DNA from: Acutalibacteraceae bacterium
GTDB taxonomy: Bacteria; Bacillota; Clostridia; Oscillospirales; Acutalibacteraceae
Length of the DNA: 58,042 bases
Direction: 5' to 3'
Assembly (NCBI GenBank): GCA_045613625.1
Contig: JAZLBI010000132.1
Coordinates: 1 to 58,042, forward strand
The number at the start of each line of letters is the position of its first letter. Position 1 is the first letter of the stretch. A model generated the notes under the pieces. It had not been told where the DNA came from, did not search any database, and saw nothing but the letters and a program-made list of their open reading frames with translations. Positions 18,701-28,347 of the stretch are shown here, piece after piece. A program made the position numbers and the translations under genes.

Positions 18701-20077
18701 ATGGAAAAGGTTCTTCATTATTATGATATTTTTCCCAAGGTGTTTCCCGCCGGCAAAGAGGTGTCAATAACGATAAAACCTCTCGGCTATCACGCTGAAT
18801 TTAAAAACCCCGATGATATCGAGCTTAAGATTTTCGGCCTTGATGACGGCAACCCCAGAGATTATCCTCACAGAGGAAACGGCTATGCAATTCCTTTTGA
18901 ATTTGACGGCTGCATCAGATTCACCCATACCTTCCCCCGTGAACAGCAGTATTTCGTCAGAGTTTTCGAGAAGAGCAGCGGTAAAAGACTTGTTCAGTTG
19001 AGTGTGTATGCGCTTGATGAAGACCTCTGCGGAAGATATCCTCTTATCGGCGATCTTCATATGCATACCTGCCGTTCAGACGGTAAAGAAGCCCCCGCAA
19101 TTGTTTGCGCAAACTACAGAAAGCACGGCTATGATTTCTTTGCGATAACCGATCATAACCGTTATTATCCTTCTCTTGAAGCAATCGAAACTTATAAGGA
19201 TGTTCCCATTGAGTTCAACATCTGCCCGGGTGAAGAAGTTCATCTTCCCGACCTTCAGCCCGATCATATCAACGATGTTCATATCGTTAATTTCGGCGGC
19301 AAATATTCGGTTAACGGCATTCTCAGAGATGAGCACACCGAAGAATTCAACAACGAAACAGATAAACGCCGTTTTGAAGGTTTCCCTTGCCCCGATCAGA
19401 TTGATGAAGACGGCTACAGAGCCGAGGTTGATGCTCTTGCCGCAACCCTTGATATCCCCGAAGGCATTGAGCCTTTCACATATGCAAGCTGCGTATGGGT
19501 TTTCAACCACATCAAAAAGGCAGAGGGTCTCGGAATATTCTGCCATCCTTATTGGCTTTCAAATGTTCATCAGGTTCCCGAAAACATAACCGACTATATG
19601 CTCAAAACTCATCCGTTTGATGCTTTTGAAGTTCTCGGCGGCGAAAACTATTATGAGCATAACGGCTTCCAGACTCATAAGTATTATGAGGTGCTCGCAA
19701 AGGGATATGATAAATTCCCCATCGTCGGCAGCACAGACAGCCACGGCTCAACAGAACATAATGAAAATGCCTATGTTGCTTCAACAATGGTGTTTTCACC
19801 AAAAAATGAATGCGAAGCAATCATTGATTCAATCAAGAATTTCTATTCAATTGCAATTGACGGCATAAGCAAGGAATACCGCCTTGTCGGTGATTTCAGG
19901 CTTGCAAGATATGCAAACTTCCTTCTCAAGGATTATTTCCCGCTTCACGATGACCTTTGCTATGAAGAGGGAAGAGCAATGAAGGACTATGCCTGCGGAG
20001 TTGAAGGCGCAAAAGAAACCCTTGAATTTATCAGCGGCAGAGTTCAGAAGCAGAGAGAAAAATATTTTGCATTTTGA
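18701..20077 (+). CDS. PHP-domain metallohydrolase
   Basis: DLHMHT..SDG, ITDHN, GEEVH, CHPYW, GSTDSH. Confidence 0.82.
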   Translation: MEKVLHYYDIFPKVFPAGKEVSITIKPLGYHAEFKNPDDIELKIFGLDDGNPRDYPHRGNGYAIPFEFDGCIRFTHTFPREQQYFVRVFEKSSGKRLVQLSVYALDEDLCGRYPLIGDLHMHTCRSDGKEAPAIVCANYRKHGYDFFAITDHNRYYPSLEAIETYKDVPIEFNICPGEEVHLPDLQPDHINDVHIVNFGGKYSVNGILRDEHTEEFNNETDKRRFEGFPCPDQIDEDGYRAEVDALAATLDIPEGIEPFTYASCVWVFNHIKKAEGLGIFCHPYWLSNVHQVPENITDYMLKTHPFDAFEVLGGENYYEHNGFQTHKYYEVLAKGYDKFPIVGSTDSHGSTEHNENAYVASTMVFSPKNECEAIIDSIKNFYSIAIDGISKEYRLVGDFRLARYANFLLKDYFPLHDDLCYEEGRAMKDYACGVEGAKETLEFISGRVQKQREKYFAF

Positions 20078-20159
20078 GCATTGATTTAAAATATCTCTTG
20101 ATATTTTCAGAATAAAATGGTATCATAATTAGCAATTTGTGAAAAAAGGAGGTTGTGTG

Positions 20160-21587
20160 TTGGAAAAACAAAGATCGCTTGAAGGTGCTGCAATGAAACA
20201 CCCGAATAAAATCGGCTTCAAAGACGGGCTCGGTTACGCAATGGGTGATGCTGCCAACCTTTTTGTTTTAACTTATGTATCATCATATCTTAAAGTTTTT
20301 TACACAGATATTCTCAAAATCAAAGAAGGAAAAATAACAACCCTTCTTCTTATTGCCAGATTGTGGGACGCAATCAACGACCCTCTCTGGGGCAATCTCA
20401 TCGCCAAGAAAAAGCCGAATAAAGACGGCAAATTCAGACCGTTCATCAAATGGTTTGCAATTCCCATCGGCGTTATGGCGGCTCTGAGCTTTGTTAACTT
20501 CAGAAGCTTCACATCAAACGAAATGGTGATTCTTGCGTTGATGTATGTAACTTATATCGGTTTCGGTATGATGTATACAACAATCAACATTCCCTACGGC
20601 TCGCTCGCTTCGGTTATTACCGATGACCCCGACGGAAGAACTCTTCTTTCAACCTTCCGTTCAATCGGTGCAGGTCTCGGCGGCGCAATTCCTCTTCTCA
20701 TCGGCCCGATGATTATCTATAAGAACGACGTTGCGGATTCTGACGGTATGCTCACATTCGGAATCATTATGGGTGTTCTTTCCGTAATCTTCTATTATCT
20801 CTGCTACGGTATGACCAAAGAGAGAGTTCCTTCTGAAGAAGACCCCAAGGTTGATTTCAAAGAAACATACAAGGGTATGTTCAAGAGCAGACCTTTCGTA
20901 ACTGCCGCAATTTCAGGCATTCTTATCAGCGGTCAGCTTCAGTTCTCATCTCTTAATCAGTATCTTTATAAGAACTATTTTGAGAACACAGATCTTTCAA
21001 TTATCGGAACAATCGCAAACTACGCACCTATGGCTGTTATGATTTTCTTTATGCCCAAGCTTGTAAAGAAATTCGGCAAAAAAGAGCTCTGCAGTGTCGG
21101 AACTTTCTTCTCGGCTGTTGCGGCTGTTCTTATGTTCTTTGTTGTTCCCCATTGTGACAGACTCACAAGCGGCCCTGTTGTGTTTATGATTTTCACATTT
21201 ATAATCGGCTTCGGTTATTCGTTTGTCAGCATCACAAACTGGGCTATCATTACCGACGTTATCGATTATCAGGAATGGAAAACGGGCATCAGAAGCGAAA
21301 GCGCGATTTATGCGCTTTATACCTTCTGCAGAAACCTCGGTCAGACCCTTGCTGATGTTGGCGGAATGAAGCTTCTCGGCGCAGTTGCGGGCTATGACGG
21401 CGCAATTCACGGCAACGCAGGTTATGTTGAAGGCGTGAGCGACGGAATACTCTTTGTTTGCACACTTATCCCCGCAATAGTTTATACGCTTGTTTTCCTT
21501 CTCTTCAAGTTTGGTTATCCTCTTGATAAGAAAAAGCTTGAACCCGTTTATGACGATTTGAAAAAATCAAGAACAATAAATGAATAA
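20160..21587 (+). CDS. Glycoside-pentoside-hexuronide (MelB/GPH) cation symporter
   Basis: GYAMGD, ARLWDAINDP, GKFRP, NIPYGSL, DVIDYQEWKTGIR.E; TTG start after GGAGG. Confidence 0.9.
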   Translation: MEKQRSLEGAAMKHPNKIGFKDGLGYAMGDAANLFVLTYVSSYLKVFYTDILKIKEGKITTLLLIARLWDAINDPLWGNLIAKKKPNKDGKFRPFIKWFAIPIGVMAALSFVNFRSFTSNEMVILALMYVTYIGFGMMYTTINIPYGSLASVITDDPDGRTLLSTFRSIGAGLGGAIPLLIGPMIIYKNDVADSDGMLTFGIIMGVLSVIFYYLCYGMTKERVPSEEDPKVDFKETYKGMFKSRPFVTAAISGILISGQLQFSSLNQYLYKNYFENTDLSIIGTIANYAPMAVMIFFMPKLVKKFGKKELCSVGTFFSAVAAVLMFFVVPHCDRLTSGPVVFMIFTFIIGFGYSFVSITNWAIITDVIDYQEWKTGIRSESAIYALYTFCRNLGQTLADVGGMKLLGAVAGYDGAIHGNAGYVEGVSDGILFVCTLIPAIVYTLVFLLFKFGYPLDKKKLEPVYDDLKKSRTINE

Positions 21588-21591
21588 ATCA

Positions 21592-21619
21592 AAAGACCTG
21601 TTCAATTGAACAGGTCTTT
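21592..21619. terminator. Bidirectional terminator
   Basis: AAAGACCTGTTC-AATT-GAACAGGTCTTT. Confidence 0.8.
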
Positions 21620-21632
21620 ATTTATGCAAAAA

Positions 21633-22685
21633 TTATTTGATTTTGAATAATCTGAGTATTGCATCAAAAAGAAGTTCAAAGAAACCGATGATGCCGTCGC
21701 AGTAAATAAGGTTATCGGTCTGTGATTCTCCTGTAAGGTTTCCCATACCCTCAGAGGCGCTTCCGTCATAATCCGATGTGTGCGATGAAAGCCACGAAAT
21801 CATTCCGTCGGGATATTCAAGATCAACCGTGTCGCCGTTGCCGTTAACGGTTGTCATATTATAATAGTCGCCGTTGAGATAAGTGAACATATCGTGGTTT
21901 ACGGCAAACCATGCGTGATGGCTGCTTGAAGTTCCTTTTCCGTCTTCATAGCAAACTTTGGTGAGCGTTGAAAGTCTGCAATCTTCAGCAACATTTGAAT
22001 TTGAAGCAATTCTTTCAAAGGTAGGTGAAACCGCAAGATAATAGTTAACAAGGGGATCGCGGGTGCTTGATGTTATCCATATCGGCATATCAGCAAGATT
22101 TCTGCAAAGTTCATCGGAAGGTGACCATGCGGGGCAGATGGGGAATGCAGCGGCGAACATATCTGAATATGCAACAGCCATTTTAAGTGTCATTTTTCCG
22201 CCCATTGAATATCCACCGACATAGATTCTGCTCAGATCAATGTTGTCTTTGTTGTTTGCAATGAATTCATCAATTGCCGCTTTGAGGGGTTCAAGCATTT
22301 TGTTGCTCCAGAAGATGTTATCCTCTTCTCTTGAGCGCGCAGCAAGAATGAATGCACCGCCTGCGGGTTCAAAACGGGCCTGGAATTCATCACTTGCCCA
22401 ATATGCGATATTGCTTTTCTTAACCTGTGCACCGGGCTCTGCACCGTCGCCCATTCCGTGAAGCCAGACAACGAGAGGATATTTTGTTGCATCATTTGAC
22501 TTGACGGGTGAGAAATAGCTGTAGTCAACGGTATAGCCGTTTGTTACGGGGCCTTCACCGGCTTTGAATTCCGCTTTGAGAGGTTCAATTCCGCCTTCAA
22601 TCGAAGTTGCGCTTGCGAAAGAGGGGAAAGACAGCAGAAAAACAAGGGCAAGAAATGCTGCGAGAATCTTTTTTGACATTTTCAT
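21633..22685 (-). CDS. Secreted alpha/beta-hydrolase (esterase/phospholipase-like)
   Basis: Signal peptide ending ASA; YPLVVWLHG; RIYVGGYSMGG (GxSxG); DPLV; HHAW. Confidence 0.8.
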   Translation of the reverse strand: MKMSKKILAAFLALVFLLSFPSFASATSIEGGIEPLKAEFKAGEGPVTNGYTVDYSYFSPVKSNDATKYPLVVWLHGMGDGAEPGAQVKKSNIAYWASDEFQARFEPAGGAFILAARSREEDNIFWSNKMLEPLKAAIDEFIANNKDNIDLSRIYVGGYSMGGKMTLKMAVAYSDMFAAAFPICPAWSPSDELCRNLADMPIWITSSTRDPLVNYYLAVSPTFERIASNSNVAEDCRLSTLTKVCYEDGKGTSSSHHAWFAVNHDMFTYLNGDYYNMTTVNGNGDTVDLEYPDGMISWLSSHTSDYDGSASEGMGNLTGESQTDNLIYCDGIIGFFELLFDAILRLFKIK

Positions 22686-22687
22686 TT

Positions 22688-23977
22688 TTATTTCTCCTTT
22701 TCAATTATATCAAGAACGGGCTCGCCCGCTTTTGTCATATATTCGAGAAGAATTTTTTTCATTTCCGCTCTGATTTCTTTGTAATCCGGATGGGTTATGA
22801 GGTTGTTTTTTTCGTGAGGATCGTTTTCAAGGTCATAAAGAAAATCTTCAGTGTATTTATCCGCAAAGGCGCGGTCTTCATTTTTTGCTGATACGCTGTA
22901 TTTCCAGCGGTCAGTTCTTACGGCTCTTCCTATCTGACTTTCGGATATCTGCATAAACACGCTTTCGTGACCTTTTTTATCCGTAAGGCTCTTTCCCATA
23001 AAATGAGACGGAATTTCAGCGCCCGCAATATCAAGGATTGTTGCGGGAAGGTCAATGAGCGAAACAAGGTCGCTTATTCTGCCGCCGCCCGTGAATGCGC
23101 CGCCCGTGATAACAAGAGGAACCTTTGTGCTTCCGTCGTGGCATGAGCGCTTGTATTCCATATTGCGTGTTCTGAAATGGCAACCGTGGTCGGAGGTGTA
23201 AATGATAACGGTGTTATCATAAATACCTTCATCTTTGAGGGTCTTTATGAGTTTGCCGAAGTTTGTGTCAACGCTGTTGCAGCAGGCGAGGTATGACGGC
23301 ATCTGCACGCGCCAGTCGCCGAGAGTGCCTTCAAGGTCGCCCGGAACTTCATAGTCTTTGAATTTGTTTTTCAGCCCCTTGGGTGATTCGAAACGAAACC
23401 TGTCATTCTGGTGGTGAGGTTCAAGCTGTGAAACAAACATAAAGAAGGGCTTATCGTGTGATTTTTTAACATATTCAATTGCGAAATCGTTGATTTTATC
23501 AGCTCTGTAGCCTTTGAAATCAATGCGGTTGTTATCTTCATCAAATATGTAGCCGTTGTAGCCGTGAGAGGTGAATTCAAGAATATCCGCAGCTCTCCAA
23601 TAATCGTAGCCGCCTCTGCGTTCTTTGGGCGTGGGTTTGGTTGCAAGGCGGTGGTTTTTATCGGATGCGAGATGCCATTTGCCGATATATGCGGTGTCAT
23701 AGCCCGCTTCGGTAAGATAATGAGCAATTCCCTTTGTGTCTGTGGGAAGAGCGATATCGTTTCTGTAGCAGCCGATCTGAGAGGCATAAACGCCGCTCTG
23801 AAGGCAGGCTCTCATCGGGCCGCAAACGGGCTGACAGGTGAATGCATTTTCAAAGAGCGTTCCTTCTTCGGCAACCGCGTCAAGGTTAGGCGTTACGGGA
23901 AGCTTCTGCCCGTAGCAACCTGCGGAATCCGCTCTCTGTTGGTCTGAAAAATAAAAGATAATGTTAGGTTTGTTCAT
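22688..23977 (-). CDS. Cys-type formylglycine sulfatase
   Basis: KPNIIF..SDQ, CGPMRA (CxPxR), YIGKWHL, PHH, TSDHG, LYDL..DP.E. Confidence 0.93.
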   Translation of the reverse strand: MNKPNIIFYFSDQQRADSAGCYGQKLPVTPNLDAVAEEGTLFENAFTCQPVCGPMRACLQSGVYASQIGCYRNDIALPTDTKGIAHYLTEAGYDTAYIGKWHLASDKNHRLATKPTPKERRGGYDYWRAADILEFTSHGYNGYIFDEDNNRIDFKGYRADKINDFAIEYVKKSHDKPFFMFVSQLEPHHQNDRFRFESPKGLKNKFKDYEVPGDLEGTLGDWRVQMPSYLACCNSVDTNFGKLIKTLKDEGIYDNTVIIYTSDHGCHFRTRNMEYKRSCHDGSTKVPLVITGGAFTGGGRISDLVSLIDLPATILDIAGAEIPSHFMGKSLTDKKGHESVFMQISESQIGRAVRTDRWKYSVSAKNEDRAFADKYTEDFLYDLENDPHEKNNLITHPDYKEIRAEMKKILLEYMTKAGEPVLDIIEKEK

Positions 23978-23987
23978 AATATCCTCC

Positions 23988-25052
23988 TTATTTTACTGAA
24001 CGCAGTTTTTCAACCGCATGAAGAATAAAGTCCATCTGAGGGCAGTAGCCCGAAAGTTGATTATAAAGGGTTCTGTATCTTTTGCAACCTCCGCCGCAAA
24101 GAGCTTTGACGGGGCAGTTTGCACAAAGTTTGTTAACAGGTTCGGTATGCTCAAAGAATTTTCTGAGCCCTTCACAGCCGAGAATGCCGTTGATATCCGC
24201 TTCGTTTATGTTGAGGCATTCATATTCATCAAGGCAATAGAAATCGCATGGGTAGCAAGTGCCGTCTGCTTCAACAACAAGCTGAGCGTTGCATCTTCCG
24301 CTTGCGCCGCATTGTTCGGCAACGCCTTTTGTCATAAGCGAAAGAAGGTTATCGAAATCTCTCACATAAAAATGATTGCCCTTTGATACCTCGGCAAACC
24401 ATAGATTGAACAGCCTTTTTTTGAACCTTGCAAGCTGTTTTGCGTTTATGCTGTAGTCGCTTTTTTCGCCGCTGAGCGGGTCAAGGCAATAAATCGGCTG
24501 AACATCTCTGAAACCGTTTCTCATATAAAAATCAAACAGCATCGAAGCATCTGTCTGCGATGTTATAACAGAGAGAATGTTGAAGCTTACGCCGTTTTTT
24601 CTGAGAAGCTCAATTCCCTGCATTGCCTTTTCAAAAGACTGACAGCGGTTTTTATCGTGAAGCTCTTTGTCGCCGTCAAGCGAAACTCCGATCAGAAAGT
24701 TGTGCTCCTTGAATAATCTGCAGAAATCTTCTGTTATAAGAGTTCCGTTTGTCTGAAGAGAAAAGTTGTTGATGCTGCCGTTTGTTTTGAGCTTTTCTGC
24801 GGTGCATACGAATTTTTCGAAAAATTCAACTCCCGCAAGAAGCGGCTCTCCGCCCTGAAACATAAATGTTAAAACAGAGTTTTCACCGCAGAAATCATAC
24901 ATCTTTCTGATGAGATTTTCGGCGGTTTCTTCGCTCATAAACATTTCTGCGTTTTTTTCTCTTGACGCCGCTTCGTCACAGTAAAAACAATATCTGCATT
25001 TAAGGTTGCAGGATGATGATGCGGGTTTTATTAAAGCGGTCATCTGCCGCAT
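23988..25052 (-). CDS. Anaerobic sulfatase-maturating radical SAM/SPASM enzyme
   Basis: LIKPASS.CNLKCRYCFY, FQGGEP, LQTNG, VEADG..YPCDFY, C..C.....C.GGC; adjacent to the sulfatase. Confidence 0.92.
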   Translation of the reverse strand: MRQMTALIKPASSSCNLKCRYCFYCDEAASREKNAEMFMSEETAENLIRKMYDFCGENSVLTFMFQGGEPLLAGVEFFEKFVCTAEKLKTNGSINNFSLQTNGTLITEDFCRLFKEHNFLIGVSLDGDKELHDKNRCQSFEKAMQGIELLRKNGVSFNILSVITSQTDASMLFDFYMRNGFRDVQPIYCLDPLSGEKSDYSINAKQLARFKKRLFNLWFAEVSKGNHFYVRDFDNLLSLMTKGVAEQCGASGRCNAQLVVEADGTCYPCDFYCLDEYECLNINEADINGILGCEGLRKFFEHTEPVNKLCANCPVKALCGGGCKRYRTLYNQLSGYCPQMDFILHAVEKLRSVK

Positions 25053-25076
25053 AAAAACACCTCTTTTGCATAATAT
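25049..25076 (+). promoter_or_regulatory. Candidate sporulation-sigma (sigmaE-like) promoter
   Basis: GCATA-N15-CATAATAT just upstream of 25092. Confidence 0.4.
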
Positions 25077-25091
25077 AAATCGGGTGATTTA

Positions 25092-25478
25092 ATGTCGAAA
25101 TTGAAAGAATATTTTATGTGCTTTGCCCTCGGTGCAGTAACTTACGGATTGATTGAGGTTATAGTAAGGGGCTATACACATTGGACTATGGCAATAACAG
25201 GCGGAGCGGTTATGGTGCTCATTCATCTGATAAACAGAAGCAAGGGGCTGAGCCTTTTATCCCGCTGTCTGCTCGGCGCAACGGTCATAACAAGCCTTGA
25301 ATTTTTTGTCGGAACGGTTGTTAACATTGCGCTCGGCTGGAATGTTTGGGATTATGCCGATAAACCGCTGAATATCTGGGGACAGATTTGCCCTCAGTTT
25401 TGCCTTGCCTGGTTTTTTCTGAGCATACCCGCCTTTGCTATAAGCGGGTATGTTGAAAAACGCATCAGTTTGAGCTGA
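25092..25478 (+). CDS. Small membrane protein (ABC_trans_CmpB-like)
   Basis: YGLIE..RG.THWTM...GG, IT.LE...G..VN, WDY...P.N..GQIC motif pattern. Confidence 0.75.
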   Translation: MSKLKEYFMCFALGAVTYGLIEVIVRGYTHWTMAITGGAVMVLIHLINRSKGLSLLSRCLLGATVITSLEFFVGTVVNIALGWNVWDYADKPLNIWGQICPQFCLAWFFLSIPAFAISGYVEKRISLS

Positions 25479-28347
25479 TATAGTCCTTTATGCCTTCCAC
25501 GGTTGCGGCAGCAAGAATATCTCTGTTTGCCGCAGTCTGGAGCACCTGGCATTCCTGTGTGTTTGAAACAAAGCCGTATTCAATGAGTATTGCGGGGCAT
25601 TCTTCAACTCTTGCAACCCTGAATGCATAGAAGTTTGCTCCTCTGCTGACTTTGTTTAAAACAGAAGCGTCTTCGTTTTTATAGATTTCATTCTTATATG
25701 CGCCGACAAGCCTTTGATGAATCGCCTTTGCAAGCGGTTGTGAATACGCTCTGTAATAATAGGCTGATGTTCCCATAGCTTCGGCAGAGGTGCTTGAATC
25801 ACAATGGATTGCAATAAACATATCGGGGTTTTTGGTTCGTACAGCGTTGTTTCTGTCCGTATAGCAAACCCATTTGTCGGTTGACCTTGTCATTATAACC
25901 TCGGCACCCTCAGCTTCAAGAAGCTCTTTAACCTTTGTTGCAATTGAAAGGTTGATATGCTTTTCAACGCCGAAGCTTACCGATGAAACAGCGCATGCAG
26001 CGCCGCCGTCAATTCCGCCGTGACCGGGGTCAAGCATTATCGTGTAGCCGCTGAGCGACGAAGAGGGCTTGTGTTTTATGGTTATAACAAGATTTCCGTC
26101 ATTGTTATATTCATAATGAAAACCGTAGAATTTGCCCTTCTGAGCGAGTGTGAATGAAAGGGTAACGGTCGATTTTGCGCTGTCTGAATTCCAGCTCGCT
26201 GTTTTGCAAACCGAATTCATAAGAGTTATATCGCCCTGAGCGGTTGCTGTATCGCTGAAGGTGAATTCAAGCCCCGTGCAGTTGAGCGAAGAAACAACAA
26301 CGGGTCTGTCCTGACTGCCGTTATATAAGGAATAACTCTGACCCGTAAGCTTTGCGTTAAAGGCAACTTTTCTGTTCATTTCAAGAACGATAACGGTGTT
26401 TCCGCCGCTTGTGCTGCTTGAAAGCACATTGATATTATTTTTTGGCATAACATAGCCGTCTTCGATGCTGACATGAGTTATTTTGCCGTCAAAACCGCTT
26501 GCAAGCCTTTCTTCGCGAAGTGCAGGCACTTTAACGCCCGATTCGAGAATATAATATGTTTCGTTATCGCAGATTACCGTTGCCGTAACATAGTCAACGG
26601 TGTCTTTGAGAAGAGGGGAGCAGTCGGGCACGGAAAAGGTTTTTGTGTTATTGCCGGGATAGGTTTCAACATAATCGTCAATAATTTTGCAGATTTTTGC
26701 GGTGCCCAGACCGTAGTTTTCTTTGTATGAATATTTCTGAAGATCACCCGAAGGGGCGGAAGTTTGTGATTCTGTTGCCGTTGAATTCGGTGTTTCGCTT
26801 CCCGATGCGGATTCCGATTCTGTTGACGTGTCCGTGTCGGGCTTGGTTGTTGTGGTTGTAGCGGGCGGCTGAGTTGTTGCGGGAGGTTTCGGAACTTCTT
26901 TTGCCGCAACGCTTATGCTTGCGCCGAGAAGGCTTTCAGAAAGCGAATTGTATTTCGCCGTTACCTTATATTGACCGAGCTTCTGCACGGATGTTGTGCT
27001 TTTCGGTGTTTCAAGAGTTGCGGTGAAGGTTGTGAAATCCGAAGATTCATCGGGCTTGTCCTCATCGGAATCGGATGAATTGCCCGTTGCGGTCATTTTA
27101 TATGTTTTGCCGTTGAAAACAACCGATACAGCGGCTTTTTTATGGGCGATTGCTGAAACTTCAACGAGCATTTCGCCCGGAACTGATATGCTTTCTGACG
27201 GCGAAACAGATTTGAGAAGCTTGATTTTATAAGTGATTTTGTAGGTGTAGGTTTTGCCTTTGTGTTCAAACTTAATGGTGTTTTCGCCTGCTTTCAGGCT
27301 GATATCAACCGAAAAATCGCCGTTTTTTGCGGTTTTGAGCGTTTCTCCGTTGCATTTAAGCTCGTGTGCGGGGCTGCTTGTGCCTCTGAAGGTTATGGTT
27401 GATTGCTCAACGGTGATGTTTGTTTTTTTGTGGCTTGTGAGAGAAAATTCTTTATCAAGAAGATAGGTGTCTCTTTCGCGGATATAGTTCATAATAATAT
27501 CGACTGATGTTCCGCTTGCCTTTGAAATATCTTCGAAAGGAGAAAATGCAAGAGCGCGGCACATTGACATATCTGCCGAAACAGAAATAAGCTCAATGAT
27601 TTCTGTTGCCTTTTCGGTTGTGAATGACGATATTCCGTTCAGGCTGTGGCGAAGCCAGAGAGGGCAGGCTTCTTCATTCCAAACGGTTTGTGCTGTTGAG
27701 AAAAGAGAATCCTTTTCACTTTCGTGACAAAGATAAACAAAATCCGCACTTTTATCGGCAACAAGACTCACCAAAGCGCTCTCAGCCTTTGTTATATACA
27801 CGGGTTCAAGGCCGATTATCATTGCGGGGTCTGCTTCTTTTATTGTTTTGCAAAGCTCACCGACGGCGTTTTTATAGTCCGAAAGAGTTTCGTCAAACCC
27901 GCCGATAATAATAAAATCAGTGTTGAATTCTTTTGAGAAATCCGCAAGATATGAGCTTCCCTCGGATATATCGGCTCTCACACCGAAATAAAGTGAATTG
28001 CTTTTTGCGGTTTCAAGCAGAGCGGATACCTCGTTTTTGTTTTCGTTTGTGAGATTGAGAATAACTGTGTTGAAGCCGAGTTTTTCAAAATCGGCAAGGT
28101 CTTTTTCGGAGTTTTCGCTGTATGCGGAATATTCACAGGCAACAATTGCTTCGGGAGGTGTGCTTTTGGGCCTTCCTTCAACGGGAATATCAGCCTGAGT
28201 TGTTTCCTGCTGAGTGACGGATGTTGTTTCGTCTTCAAATGCTTTTTGCAGCTCTCCGAATTTGCCTGTTGCAAACATTGCCGCAACAATGCCGACAACT
28301 GCAACTGCGATGCTGACGATTGATGCAATTAAAATTTTGTTTTTCAT
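25465..28347 (-). CDS. Membrane-anchored N-acetylmuramoyl-L-alanine amidase (Amidase_3), multi-domain
   Basis: N-terminal TM; Pro/Thr/Ser linker; C-terminal LDPGHGG, EKHINL, IHCDS, ILIEYGFVSN. Confidence 0.88.
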   Translation of the reverse strand: MKNKILIASIVSIAVAVVGIVAAMFATGKFGELQKAFEDETTSVTQQETTQADIPVEGRPKSTPPEAIVACEYSAYSENSEKDLADFEKLGFNTVILNLTNENKNEVSALLETAKSNSLYFGVRADISEGSSYLADFSKEFNTDFIIIGGFDETLSDYKNAVGELCKTIKEADPAMIIGLEPVYITKAESALVSLVADKSADFVYLCHESEKDSLFSTAQTVWNEEACPLWLRHSLNGISSFTTEKATEIIELISVSADMSMCRALAFSPFEDISKASGTSVDIIMNYIRERDTYLLDKEFSLTSHKKTNITVEQSTITFRGTSSPAHELKCNGETLKTAKNGDFSVDISLKAGENTIKFEHKGKTYTYKITYKIKLLKSVSPSESISVPGEMLVEVSAIAHKKAAVSVVFNGKTYKMTATGNSSDSDEDKPDESSDFTTFTATLETPKSTTSVQKLGQYKVTAKYNSLSESLLGASISVAAKEVPKPPATTQPPATTTTTKPDTDTSTESESASGSETPNSTATESQTSAPSGDLQKYSYKENYGLGTAKICKIIDDYVETYPGNNTKTFSVPDCSPLLKDTVDYVTATVICDNETYYILESGVKVPALREERLASGFDGKITHVSIEDGYVMPKNNINVLSSSTSGGNTVIVLEMNRKVAFNAKLTGQSYSLYNGSQDRPVVVSSLNCTGLEFTFSDTATAQGDITLMNSVCKTASWNSDSAKSTVTLSFTLAQKGKFYGFHYEYNNDGNLVITIKHKPSSSLSGYTIMLDPGHGGIDGGAACAVSSVSFGVEKHINLSIATKVKELLEAEGAEVIMTRSTDKWVCYTDRNNAVRTKNPDMFIAIHCDSSTSAEAMGTSAYYYRAYSQPLAKAIHQRLVGAYKNEIYKNEDASVLNKVSRGANFYAFRVARVEECPAILIEYGFVSNTQECQVLQTAANRDILAAATVEGIKDYISSN

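Noticed and set aside
23988-25052. RiPP radical-SAM maturase with a hidden precursor peptide
   Set aside because: Adjacent CxPxR sulfatase and anSME-type motifs explain it; no precursor ORF seen
26760-26900. Repeat-like low-complexity DNA (also ~29460-29650 and 57520-57580)
   Set aside because: Encodes Thr/Pro/Ser linkers and the EEA-rich S1 tail; not a CRISPR or tandem DNA repeat
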